Shown: positions 1 through 12,847 of the stretch, in pieces
Numbering within the stretch: position 1 is the stretch's first letter
Layout of the letters: every line of letters begins with the position of its first letter
Assembly: GCF_036321535.1 (NCBI RefSeq)
Contig: NC_087464.1
Span: forward strand, 16,616,001-16,680,000
DNA from: Camelus dromedarius
Taxonomy: Eukaryota
DNA: 64,000 nucleotides
Direction of reading: 5' to 3'
The notes under the pieces: generated by a model
What the model was told of the DNA's origin: nothing
Databases searched by the model: none
Seen by the model: the letters and a program-made list of their open reading frames with translations, nothing else
Made by a program: the position numbers and the translations under genes

Positions 1-2267
1 TCAGCAGCAGAGTTCAGACTCTGGATATTAGTCAGGACTTTGCCCTGTGAATTCCTAGTGCAACCCCGGTTTTGACTCTGGTTCTACAGTGACAAGCCTC
101 CTAACTGCAGATTCCCCTTTAGATTCCTGCACTGGTACCTTGTGGTAGCACCTTCCCTCACCAGGAGACATGGTGGGGAACAGCCTTGGGAACGCCATCA
201 TTCCTGTTTGCTGGTGGGATGTCCCAATGTGTTTGCTTGGAATTCCTACCTAAGTGCTTCCTTCAGCATTAGTGGCTAGGAAAAAAGCTTAGCTTTCATA
301 GAAAGGCTGGTATGTGTTCTTCCTCTTGAATAATGAGGATAAGGTAACTTGATTTCCCTTTTTTCTTGGCCACTGGGAGGCTCAGCACTAAATGCAGTGC
401 CTATCTCCAATAGGTGTGTTGAGGACCTTATGACCTGCTTATGTGAATCTGTCCTTTGTTTCTGGTTCAGACATTTTCTTCACATTTTTTTTTCTGCTCC
501 TGATTTTAGTGTTTATATTTTACCTTCTTTTCTTTGTATGTCCTTGCCCTTAGTGGAACCACACTGGGGGTATGTAAAAACACCCACCATGCAAACACAC
601 ATGAGGCCGTATTCACAACTGCTTTGCTGGCATGTTGCACTTTTTGCTTCCTCAGCTTCATGAAACTATTTGTTTGCGTGGTTGTGATCCACCGGCAGTT
701 AGGAGATGCCTGGGGTTGAGCAGGGTTACTGCTTCTTGCTTGTTTTTCTTTTCTTATCAGCTGCTTAGAATTTTTAAAATAATTTCTCTCCAAATCCTTT
801 AGTCACTGAAAGCACAAATGGTACCCTGGTGGATAGATGTGTGCATTTCTTTTTATCTTCTTTCTCTCCTTCTAATTTATTTCTTTAACATTACGCAAGT
901 ATAACCTGTAGAATCCAAAAATGATAACAAGAGCAAAGGAAAAAAAATTACGTATGATCCCACCAGGGATACCACTTTTCAACATTTTGTGATTCATCCT
1001 TCTGGATTTTTTTTTTCTGTTTTTCTATTTTTCCCACAAAAAATAGAATCTAACTATACATACTGTTTTATAATCTTAATTTTCATTTCATGGTAAATAA
1101 TTAGTATCTTATTACATATTTTACAGCAATGAAAGATACTTAGAATTTATATCAAGGATACATGCAGTTAATTTTTTTTTAAGTGTACAATTTCTTATCA
1201 TGAAAAGCAACAACTGCCTCAGTCTCCCCCAGGCCTGGGTGAAAGAGGCAGCGTTAATCATTCAGACTTATACGCTCGTTTCCTCCCCTTAAGTCAAATG
1301 CTTATTCCATGATTTCTTGGCTTATCTGACTTACTGGTTTGCTGCTGAGAACAATAAAGCTTTCCATCACTTTCATTACTCTTCCGCACTTCCTCCATAC
1401 ATTTTCTGCCACTCCATTTAGTCACTTCTGTGATTTAAAATAATATACCTAAGCCTCAGTTTCTTGTTCCGCTAACATTGACAGTCCCTTATGGTCCTCG
1501 TTGTCCTCAGAGGAAGAGATGGAGACCACTTTTTCCTCAACTCCCCTCACCCGCAGCCTCACAGTGTCCGTCTATTGTACATTCAAGCCTCTGAGGTCAA
1601 GATTGGTAACATTTACATTCTGTTTAACCATGAATCTTCCATGAGTGACTGTGAGGTGGTGCCAGGGGTTGAAGAGCAGCGCCCCGATGTTTACATTCCT
1701 CTGCCAGTGGAGATCATGTTCCCTGCGACCCATGGTGGTGGGCTGTGCTTACAAGACCTTCTCTTGGGTCTAATGCCACTCAAAGGAGAGTGTCAAATAC
1801 ACTTTCTTTGCTTATATTCTGTTAGGTGCTCAGAATCCATCACTTTATATTTTTGTTCACTTCATATTTTGACCATGCCTTTCTTATATAACTTTGTTTG
1901 CTTGTCTTTCTGGAATTTCTAATGCAACATCATTTTACCAGATGCATAGTATTCCAGCAAATAAAGTATTCGGATTTGTTTTCACCCAGTGCCCTGTGGA
2001 TGGACATTTGGGTGGTTTCAATTTGTCATGAATATGTGTGGTGCTATAATTAATGTTCTTTTACATTCATCATTGTGTGTTTGTTTCTTACATAATATTT
2101 GAGAGTCTGGGAATGCTGCTCTCCTTTAACTCCCCTTGTCCCCAGCCCCTTGCCACCCACTGCCTTGTTGATCTGCTTCAGTAAGATTGGCCCATTCTAG
2201 AAGTTGGTATAAGAGAGTTCTCGTGAGAGGGATGGCCCCCAGGTAATGTCCATCTTCCTCTCTCCAG

Positions 2268-5200
2268 GCTCCGAAAAGCGACCATTCCTCAGATTTGAAG
2301 CTGAAAACATCTCCAACTACACAGCCCTTCTGCTGAGCAGGGATGGCAGGACTGTGTACGTGGGTGCCCGTGAGGCCCTCTTTGCCCTCAACAGCAGCGT
2401 CAGCTTCCTGCCAGGAGGAGGGTACCAGGAGGTGAGATGCTGCCAGGGCTGACTAGGCTGGGCAGAGGAAGGCAGTTGGGAAGATGGACAGGAAAATGGA
2501 CCTTCTGGGCCCAAGGATGATGCAAGCGGGAGAGGGGGAAGGAAAAGAGAGGCATATTCTTCATTCCCATTTGCATTTACCTTCCCCTTTCTCATTCCCC
2601 AGCTGCTGTGGAGCGCTGATGCCGAGAGGAAACAGCAGTGCAGCTTCAAGGGCAAGGACCCACAGGTGAGCTGGCCTCTGGGGGCTGAAGGAGGGAGGAA
2701 GGCCGGAGGGGGGAGCAGATGCAGCCAGCTGTGGTGGAAAGGGCATAGGCTTCTGAGAGGGCCAGACCTGGGGTTGAATCTCAGCCCTGCACTTATTATC
2801 TCTGTGACCTTGGACAAGTAGATTTGCCTGTCTAAGCCTTATTTTACTTAGGATTCAATGAATTAATAGGTATAAAGTACCTGGTACATAATAAGTGCCC
2901 AGATAAACGTTGGCTTCCAGGATGAGCAGTGACTGGGTTGGCGTGGGAGTCTGTCCCTCTGAAGATGATGCCTGACGTGGCAGGTCTGACATAGTCAGGC
3001 TTGGTTTTGGCCAGACCACTGGTTGGGGGCTGGGCCAGCCTGGGGTTCTCCTGGAGGACTCCCCACCATTCCCAGAGGCTTGCTGGTCCTGAGTGCAGGA
3101 TGGGGAGGTGAAGTTGAGGGCAGAAGAGCACTGGTCTTGGAGTCAAGACACAGGTTCAAGTCCTGATTTCTTTTATTCAATAAAAATGTATTAAGCACCT
3201 GCTCTGTGCCCAGGTGCTTTTAGACACTGGATATATCATTGTGAAGAAGAAGAAATCAGTCTGTTTAAAAAGTGGTCACATTACACTTCATTAAAAAAGT
3301 GACATTTGAGCCAAGATCAGAAGGAGGTGAGGGAATTGACCTGGAGAAGAGATAAGACTGTGGATCTTACTTGGAATAAGGTATTTGGGGAACCACTGGC
3401 GGGCTGAGCAGAGGAGTGACATGGTCTGACGTGCGTTTTTAAAGGGTCACTCTGTCCGCCATGGTGGAGAGCAGCCTCCATAGAGCGAGGACAGAGGGAG
3501 AGAGACCAGGGAGGGGCGAGAGGCCATGGTGGCTTGGACCAGGGTGTCCCAATGAAGGGAGTGAGAAATGCTCAGATCCCAGGTGTATTTTGAAGATGGG
3601 GCTACCAGAATTTCCTGATGGAAAAACAAGGGGTGTGAGAGAGGAGGAGTTGAGGCTGGCTGTACAGTTTGGGGTCAGGAACTGAGAAGACAGAGTTGCC
3701 ATTAGTGAAAGGGGAAAGATCTCAGAGGAGAGAGTTTTGGGGGAACTATCAGAAGTTGGGTAGGAGATGCCTGTTGGGCCCTCTCAGAGGCAATCTGCGA
3801 GTCTGGGGTTCAGGGTTCAGGGCTGTGTGTTTCCTCCTCCTCTGGGCTGTAGCTTCCTTACCAGGTGGGGCCAAGACATCTCAAAAGGGAGGGATTCTGT
3901 GCCTTCACCCCAGACCGAAAAGTTTTCCAAACAGAACTAGCTGAGCCCTGAGCTCCCCCTCCTGCACACATTTTTCCTGGTCCTCCATCTACTCTGCCCT
4001 ACGAGACTCCTGGATTCTCTTTTACTCTGGATTTTGAGTGCCAAGAGGCAGAGGCCTCACCACCACCCATCCCCACCCCAATCTGGCTTTGGTGGGATGG
4101 ACTCGGTGGTGCCCCCTGGTGGCTTGTTTGGGCCTGACACCCTCCTCCCTCCTCCAGCGGGACTGTCAAAACTACATCAAGATCCTCCTGCCACTCAACA
4201 GCAGCCACCTGTTCGTCTGTGGCACAGCTGCCTTCAGCCCTGCATGCACCTACATTGTGAGTGCCCCCTCCTCACTCTGGGCTTGCCTGAGAACTGCCCC
4301 TCCTTCTGCCCCTAGCACCGACCCCTGTTGAAGAGCAGGGCCCAGCAGCAGCTTCTTGGCAGCAGTGGGCCCTGACAGCCCAGATGGCCGAATTGCCCTG
4401 TAGGGGATGGGGATGGGATTACCAGCGCACAAAGATTCTGGTGCACCCACAGTCTCGCCTGCTTGCTTCTTCCAGCTCTCTTCCCTGCTCTCGCTCAGTC
4501 ACACCTGCCCACCTTGTCCACCCTCCTCAACTCACGCACACCTTTGCATTTCTGCCCTATGCACACCTTCACAGAGGATGGCATTATGAGGCTGTGGGTT
4601 GGAGCACCAGCTTTGGAGTCAGATGTACCTGGGTTTGAATCATGTCGCTGCTCTTCCCTGGCTCACATCTCCTTTCTAAGCCTCCTCTCTTCTCTGCCAA
4701 GTGGGGCAATAGTGTCCACCACATAGGGTCACTGCAAGATGGGGCTGGCACCATGCCCTGGGTGCTGGGATGAGGAGGACGGCCCATCAGACACCTCCCT
4801 TCTCTCTGGCACACCCCACTCCTTTCCCACCAAGCCCACTCACTCCCTGACATGCCCCTGAGCTCTGCCGTCTGCTCCGCTGCAGAACATGGAGAACTTC
4901 ACTCTGGCCCGGGACAAGGTGGGGAATGTCCTCCTTGAAGATGGCAAGGGCCGTTGTCCTTTTGACCCCAATTTCAAGTCCACGGCCCTGGTGGTTGGTG
5001 AGTATTGGAGTCAGGGGACAGGGGGCTTACTGAGGCTCCATGTGGCGGGGGGCAGGGTGGGCTCCGGGACTGAGCTGGTGGGCCCACACCAGGCTGATTC
5101 CCAGGGGGTGCAGTGACCCTGGGCTGCCATTGGATGGGCTTTTCTTAGTTCCTACTCCCTCCTCTGTCCATCTTGAGCAAGATGCGGAGCATTCGGGTCA

Positions 5201-8200
5201 CTCCAGGCCCTGAGCGGGAAGGGGCCGTGCCGAGGGCCCATTCCCATGGGAATGTTCTCTTGGCAGATGGTGAGCTGTACACTGGAACAGTCAGCAGCTT
5301 CCAGGGGAATGACCCGGCCATCTCCCGGAGCCAAAGCCTCCGCCCCACCAAGACCGAGAACTCCCTCAACTGGCTACAAGGTGATGCCTTCCCACCACCC
5401 ACCAGTGGGCAGTCACGGGAGCCCTCAGGAGGGGCCCTGTCTCCCCAGCAGGGCCTGAGAACAGAGTCTTGCCTGTCTGGGATTCTTGGGCTGACTGTGC
5501 TCCCCACTGGCCCCCACAGACCCAGCGTTTGTGGCCTCAGCCTACATTCCCGAGAGCCTGGGCAGCTTGCAGGGGGACGACGACAAGATCTACTTCTTCT
5601 TCAGCGAGACTGGCCAGGAATTTGAGTTCTTTGAGAACACCATTGTGTCCCGCATCGCCCGCATCTGCAAGGTGACGGGGGCAGGCCATCCCAGAGACCC
5701 CGCATGTGGCTTTCTCCTGTCCTTCATGAGGAACGGCCTGGCTACTGACTTTTCTCTCTCTCAAGTTATAATGTCTCCATTTGTTTTTTTCTTACTTAAA
5801 AAAATGTGAAAATACACACAAAAATCACTTACAAGATAAAGAGGCAGCACGATACTGTGATGAAGAGCATAGACTGGAGCCAGGCCGCCTGGGTGCAAAC
5901 CCTGCAGGTCGTGTGATCGTGGGCAGTTAATTTCTTTACTGAGAAATTAGTTTCCTCCTCTGTTCAGTGGGAATCATAACAAAACTCCCTCAGGGTTATT
6001 AGGATCTGTGGAAAGCTTCTAGGAACATGGTAAGCAATAACTAATTATCGACTGTTTGGTTATAATCCCACCATCCCATCACAATAAGTGACCACTGTTA
6101 ACATTTTAGAATGTTCCTTGCTAATCCTTTTTTTTTGCATATGTATAAATACATATGTATTTATATTATTTAAAACCATTGACTATTCAGTTCTTTAGCT
6201 TCCCTTTTTGCTCAGCAGTGAGTCATTCGTGGACAGACTCCCCTTCGTCCTTTCTCCTGGCATCCTGCAGTAAAGAAAGCACTCTGTTTACTTGGCCAGC
6301 CTCCTGGTGACAGGACCTATATGCTGCAGCCTCAACCTTCTTAATTTGAAACGGAACTCATGCCTGGCTTTATGTCTGTCTCAGCCACCACTGGGGAGGG
6401 GCCAGTGAGGGACACCAAGCATCCCATCCTTGCTTGAGCCTAACCCTGGCCTCTCTCTTCCTCTCCCAGGGCGACGAGGGGGGCGAGCGGGTCCTGCAGC
6501 AGCGCTGGACATCCTTCCTGAAGGCCCAGCTCCTGTGCTTGAGGCCTGACGATGGCTTCCCGTTCAACGTGCTGCAAGACGTCTTCACACTGAGCCCCAG
6601 CCCCCAGGACTGGCGTGACACCCTCTTCTATGGGGTCTTCACATCCCAGTGGTAGGGCCCCCAGGACCCAGCTGGGAAGGGGTAGTGGGATAAGGGGTGG
6701 CTGGGATTGGGGCCCAGGAGCCAGCCTCTGGGCCCTGCTGGCCTCATTGTGAGCCCCAGGGCTACTGGGCTAATCCGGCCACTTCCTTTATAGGCACAGG
6801 GGGACCACAGAGGGCTCTGCTGTCTGTGTCTTCACCATGAGGGACGTGCAGAGGGCCTTCAATGGCCTCTACAAGGAGGTGAACCGTGAGACGCAGCAGT
6901 GGTACACCGTGACGCACCCCGTGCCCTCGCCCCGGCCGGGCGCGGTGAGTGCTGCTCCCTGCACCAGGGCAGGGTGCTGGGAGGATGGGTCTCCACACCA
7001 TGCTGGGGTCACTTGCTTTCTCTGAGCCACTTTCTCATCTTGAAAGTGGGGACAATGCCCAGGACTGCTTGTCTTTCTGGGTTCGATGTAACCACGAATG
7101 TTGAAATGACTTCAGACCTCCCTTCAGGGTACTGACTGCACATGCCTCTCGCCACCCCCTACTGTGAGCTCCTTATTTAGTTATGAAGTGACTGAATGAC
7201 AGGCTGTGGGGAAATAGTCCTTTCTTCTTTCCTTCCAGTCCAGTGGGCTTCTCACCAAGCAGCCCTTGAGATAAGGATGAGTGCCTGCAGTTCTATGGGA
7301 GGTGATCCCAGGAAGCAGCAGGAGGAAACAGGGAAGGGGAGGAGGGGGCAGAGCTAATACCACTGTGCGCAACTGGAGCTCAGTCCCTGGGGCCCTGAGA
7401 GGCTTCGTGGAGCATATCTCAGCGTTGTCCCACTGGGGTGTTTGTCACCAACTCCTGTGACTCGGCGGTCGAGGGTCACTGCGGGGTATCAATTCTTGGG
7501 GCTTTTACAGAGAATGCTCTCAGGCAGAGAGAGTCAGGAAACTCCGGGCAGTATAACTGCAGGCGCCCTCATGCCCCTACGCTAGGAAGCCTTGGTCAGC
7601 CTGGGCTTCCTGAGGGTGCTGGAGAGAGGAAGCTACAGGAGCAGGAAGTGTGGTCACACTTCTTGAGGCCTGGGGCTGGGGGATGGGGGAGTGGACAGGA
7701 AGGAGGGGTGATGGGTGGGCAGAGAGGGGAACCCTGGCAGCTGGGGTCCTTGGGTGCCCCATACCCTTGGTTTTGCTCCTGGGCCTCCACACCAGCACAT
7801 CGGCTCCACAGAACTGTGAGTGCTGTGCCATGGCTCCTGGGTGGGGCAGATACCCCTGCTGTCCACTGGAGAGGCAGGGCTGGCAGTGCTAGCAGGATCT
7901 GCAGGGCCCCCATCCTGCTGGCTGCCCTGAGTGCCACTCACCTCAAGCCACCACCTTCTCCTTCAGTGCATCACCAACAGTGCCCGGGAAAGGAAGATCA
8001 ACTCGTCCCTGCAGCTCCCCGACCGGGTGCTGAACTTCCTCAAGGACCACTTCCTGATGGATGGGCAGGTCCGCAGCCACCTGCTGCTCCTGCAGCCCCG
8101 GGCCCGCTACCAGCGTGTGGCGGTCCATCGCATCCCTGGCCTGCACCGCACTTACGACGTCCTCTTCCTGGGCACCAGTGAGTGCCCACAGCGGGGCGGG

Positions 8201-11076
8201 CTTGGAGTCACGGGGGCCTGGCTGTCAGGACGTGGGGAGCAGGGCCTGAGTGCTGTCCGTGTTGCAGGTGATGGCTGGCTGCACAAGGCAGTGAGCGTGG
8301 GCTCTGGAGTGCACATCATCGAGGAGCTGCAGATCTTCTTACCAGGACAGCCTGTGCAGAACCTCCTCCTGGACACTGACAGGGTGAGCAGGCAAAGGAA
8401 GAATCCAGGCGGAGTGCCCCCCCACTGCCCCAGCAAGATGGAGAGATCCAGGCTTATGGCATAAGCTATCAGCATGTGGGGGCCCAGAGCACGAGAGGAG
8501 GCCCCTTGGGGGGTGGCTTTGGTGGGCACTTGAGCCGGATGTGACTCTGGGTGGTGGCCCTGGCTGCCTGTGCCTGCCTCTTATCCCCCATGTCTGTGCA
8601 GGGACTGCTGTATGCTGCCTCACACTCTGGCGTGGTCCAGGTGCCCATGGCCAACTGCAGCCTGTACCAGAGCTGTGGGGACTGTCTGCTCGCCCGGGAC
8701 CCCTACTGCGCTTGGAGCGGCTCCCATTGCAGGCACATCAGCCTCTACCAGCCTGAGGTGGCCTCCAGGTGAGAGCTCCTAAAGGCTCCTCCCACTTGCC
8801 CATCCTTATGCACTAGGCTTCCAAGCGCCTTCCCTAGGCCCTCTGTAGAATCACCAGCCTCATTTGTGTCCACGGTCTTGGTGTAACTATCAGTCAGCTT
8901 CCCTTCCGACTCTCAAAAGTGTTGTAGTTCAGATTATGTTTGCCTTACCCATCTGTAAAGCAGGGACAAGGTTTGGTAAATTATGAAATGTTACAGTTAT
9001 GAAAAGCCTTGCAGGAGAATGTGGATTGGCATGTGAATGAGGTTAAGTAACAAAAAGTAAGGGCTATGTAATAGTCCGTTAACAAACCCATTAAAAATTA
9101 CTTTCAGGATCACTTATTTAGATTTAAAATATAGATTTAAAATATAGAAATCTTAGAAAATAGAAATAAGCACAAACAAAATAAAAACTACCCTAATCTA
9201 CCACCTACAGAGACTCACAGTGAGATTTTGATAAACATCCTCCCAGATTTTTCCATGTATGTGTAAAATAAAAAAAAATAAAAATGGGATCTGTCTCATT
9301 TGTAGTGTCCATGTTTCACTTGGAGATTCCAGTTCCAGTTTTATATTTCAAAAAACCAATATGAGTATACATATGTACACCTGAAGCGACACACCAAAAA
9401 ACGCTACCTGCCATTATCACTGCATGGTGGATTGTGATTTTTGTAATGTTGTTAGCCTTTCTGCTTGGTTGAGTTTTTCAGATTTCCTGAAAAACAAATC
9501 AGTGCATGTGCATTGCTTTAAAAGAGACAGACAGGGGAGGGTATAACTCATCTGGTAGAGCACATGCTTAGCATATACAAGGTCCTGGGTTCAATCCCCA
9601 GTACCTCCTCTAAAAATAAATAAATAAGTAAACCTAATTACCTCCCCCCAAAAAGTAAAACTAAAAAAATTTTAAGAGATACATACATTCATGCAGCTCC
9701 AGCTGTCCTTCCAGACTTTTTTTAAGGGCTCATACTGCTTTTTAAGTCAGGAAAATATTACAGTAACTTTTATTTGAATTAAGTACTGTGTGGATGGAGG
9801 AGATGCTAGCTCAACCCAGCGAGGTGGGGAAGCCATTTGCCTTTCACCTCTGCTTTGGGCCTGGTGGTCCCTGAGCCTTTCCCCAGGCCCGTGTCTGCAG
9901 GGCCATGTGAGGGCCTCCACTGTACTGAGGGTGGGGAAATGCAGGCTCATGGCGGGTTCCTGGCCTATCCTAGACTCTCTTTGGTTTTCAGGCCATGGAT
10001 CCAGGACATTGAGGGGGCCAATGCTAGGGACCTCTGCAACACTTCCTCCTCCAAGGGCCGATCTCCTGTAACAACAGGTAAGGTGTCCCATCTAAGGGTA
10101 GAGGAGAGGTGGGGCCAAGTCTGCCTAGAGGGCTCCTGCAGGCAGTGATGGGTATAAATGCCTTTCCTCACTTCCTCATCCTTCCAGCCCTACAAGCAGG
10201 GCCCTGGCAAGTGAGACCCACAGTCCTCGAAGTCCCCAGTGTTGCCGTCAAGAGTACAAGGAGCTGGGTGAGCCTGGGGATGCTGTGGACACCAGCCCCG
10301 CTATACCCTGTACTGTCCCTCTTCTGCCGGCAGGTGAGAAGCCATGCAAGCAAGTCCAGTTCCAGCCCAACACGGTGAACACCTTGGCCTGCCCCCTCCT
10401 CTCCAACCTGGCAACCCGGCTCTGGCTGCACAATGGAGCCCCAGTCAATGCCTCGGCCTCCTGCCGCGTGCTGTCCACTGGGGACCTACTGCTGGTGGGC
10501 AGCCAGCAGGAGCTGGGGGTGTTCCAGTGCTGGTCACTGGAGGAGGGCTTCCGGCAGCTGGAGGTCAGCTACTGCCCAAAGGTAGTGGAGGAAGTGGTGG
10601 CGGACCGAGCAGACCAGAGCGGCAGTGTGCCTGTCATCATCAACACATCCCGGGTGAGCGCGCCAGCCGGTGGCAGGGCCAGCTGGGGTGTGGACAAGTC
10701 CTACTGGACCGAGTTCCTGGTGATGTGCGCGCTGTTCGTGTTTGCCATGGTGCTCCTCATTTTATTCTTCCTCTACCGGCACCGGGGCGGCATGAAAGTC
10801 TTCCTGAAGCAGGGGGAGTGTGCCAGCGTGCACCCCAAGACCCGGCCTGTGGTGCTGCCACCTGAGACCCGGCCGCTCAATGGCATGGGCCCCCCTAGCA
10901 CCCACCTCGACCACCGAGGCTACCAGGCCCTGTCAGACAGCTCCCCAGGGCCCCGGGTCTTTACAGAGTCAGAGAAGAGGCCGCTCAGCATCCAGGACAG
11001 CTTCGTGGAGGTGTCCCCAGTGTGTCCCCGGCCCCGGGTCCGCCTGGGGTCTGAGATCCGGGACTCCGTGGTATGA
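2268..11076 (+). CDS. SEMA4B: Semaphorin-4B, 5'-partial (coding exons 2-14; the signal-peptide exon is upstream of the window)
   Basis: Exons, all AG/GT bounded and phase-consistent: 2268-2431, 2603-2665, 4158-4256, 4886-4997, 5267-5380, 5520-5671, 6470-6651, 6794-6944, 7967-8177, 8268-8383, 8602-8768, 9992-10077, 10334-11076. The translation gives a Sema domain ([13 protein letters not shown]...[10 protein letters not shown]...GRCPFDP), a PSI domain ([14 protein letters not shown]), an Ig-like domain, a TM helix and the C-terminal PDZ ligand EIRDSVV. Confidence 0.97.
3174..3790 (-). mobile_element. L2 LINE remnant (approximate bounds)
   Basis: Antisense L2 3' terminus (ttattcaataaaaatgtattaagcacctgctctgtgcc) and typical L2 body text. 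Confidence 0.65.
9534..9670 (+). mobile_element. tRNA-Ala-derived SINE (camelid vic-1-like) in SEMA4B intron 12
   Basis: A box (taactcatctggtagagc), B box (ggttcaatcc), A-rich tail with aacctaattacctcccc; degenerate TSD. Confidence 0.9.
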
Positions 11077-11986
11077 GAGCAGACTTCCAGAGGCGGCCAC
11101 CCTCTGGGGGCCGGGAAAGGTTAGAGGAGTTCGCTGGACCTCTACTCCTCATGGACCACCACCGTGGGGCCCAGCCCCCGGGAATGATGGAGCCAGCCGG
11201 CCTGCTGCCAAGTAGCGAGGCCCCCTCAGTGCCAGACGGCCATGGCCCCACAGGTCCTGGCTGAAGATGGGGGCCTGCCCAGGTGGGCAGAACAGTGCTC
11301 CTTATGTAAACTGAGCCCTTTGTTTAAAAACAGTTGAAAATGTGAAACAAGAGTGAGAAGAGTGAGAGACAACACAGGAGTGCCGCACACACAGCCAACC
11401 CGGTTCGCAGCCTCCCAGCCTCATGGGGGCCTTGGGCTCACCCAGAGTGGTTGCTGGAGACACCAACTGGCCTCTTCTACCTTCAGCCTTACCCTACCGC
11501 CACAGGCTGCTCCTTCTCACTGCAGAGCCGGGGCCAGCTGGGCTCCGGTGGGTCCTCCTGTGCCAGCTGGCCAGGTTGTTGCAGCTGTCATCCCGTCACC
11601 TCAGGGACCGGAGGGCCGTGCTGGCACCACAGCCCTCAGGAGGCTCTGGGCCTGGACCCACCTCCTGGACCTCTCCGGCCTGTATCAGGCTGTAGCCACA
11701 GGAGAGAGGGCAGTGTGAGCCCAGGAGAGAGTACGTGACAGTGTTCACCTTCCCTCAGAATTCCAGGAAGAGACGGTTGCCTGCCTTCCTCTATCCCAGC
11801 CTACAAACCTGTGTTCTTTTCCCCACACCCACCCTGGCCCTATCTTCAAACCCAGTCCCCCAGTTCACCCTGACACCCTGCCAGCCTCCACTCTAAGGGA
11901 TGTTGACACTGCCCTGAGCACAGGGGCCCTGAGTTTATGTGGGTTTTATATTTTTTCTAATAAGATGCACTTTACATTTTTTTTTT

Positions 11987-11992
11987 AATAAA
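11987..11992 (+). terminator. Poly(A) signal AATAAA of SEMA4B
   Basis: AATAAA after a U-rich stretch, about 910 nt past the SEMA4B stop. Confidence 0.75.
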
Positions 11993-12237
11993 ATCTAGAA
12001 TTGAAATTGAATCATGGCCCTTCCTCTTAAAGGCCTGTTGCTTTCTGAGGTTGGTCTAGTTCTCTGAGTTCTGGGAGGTTCTAGGCCTCCTCTTTGAGGT
12101 GCTTGTGGGCCAGAGCCAGCCCATCTTGGCCAACCACACCTCCCAGGTTCTTAAGGTGGGAATTTTAACACAGTGAGAGGGTGGGTGAGGGGATTTGTTC
12201 ACTCTACCTCAGTCCAGGGATGGGGCACAGGGTCTTG

Positions 12238-12240
<3 letters not shown>

Positions 12241-12282
<42 letters not shown>
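12241..12282. repeat. (TG)21 microsatellite
   Basis: Uninterrupted TG run between the SEMA4B and CIB1 3' ends. Confidence 0.97.
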
Positions 12283-12286
<4 letters not shown>

Positions 12287-12621
12287 TAACTTAGAAAAAA
12301 AGTTTTAAAAAGGATCATCCAGTAAAAGTGACGTTTTTCTTTTAGGACACAGTTCTATAAAGTTTAACACGTGGAGAAATCCATGTAAACACCACCAGTC
12401 AGGATCCAGAAGAGCTCCATCCCTAGCTCTACCCTGGCGTACTCACCCTCACGGTGTACTCACACCCTCACTGGCTCCTCGGGAGGAGGGTAGGGAGGCG
12501 GCCACAGTCTGACTTCCTTCTTTAGATCCTTATTCCCAGTGTGATCAAAGGCTCCTGGAAGCCCACTCCTTCCTCATGCCAGCATTTCTAGTGTCACACA
12601 AAGGCTCAAAACTTCTAAACC

Positions 12622-12627
12622 TTTATT
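12622..12627 (-). terminator. Poly(A) signal AATAAA of CIB1
   Basis: TTTATT on the + strand, about 220 nt past the CIB1 stop. Confidence 0.75.
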
Positions 12628-12847
12628 ATTGATTAGTAGAAACACAAACAGAGCGGATGACAATGGCAGTGAGAAGGGGAGAGGCCTTGACGTGGAGGGC
12701 CCTCCCCTGCCCCGGGCAAGACTGCGCAGTGCCAGCTCCAGGCTGGGCCAGCTTGGCCGGCCCTGGCAACACAGGTGTAACCTTGGCCGCAGCTCAGTAG
12801 TGGAAAGGTTCTTTGACAAGGTGCTGGGACACACGCTGTGGCTTCTG

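Noticed and set aside
7438-8181. 247-aa ORF overlapping SEMA4B intron 9 and exon 10
   Set aside because: Non-ATG start, low-complexity Pro/Gly/Ala composition, off-frame shadow of GC-rich sequence
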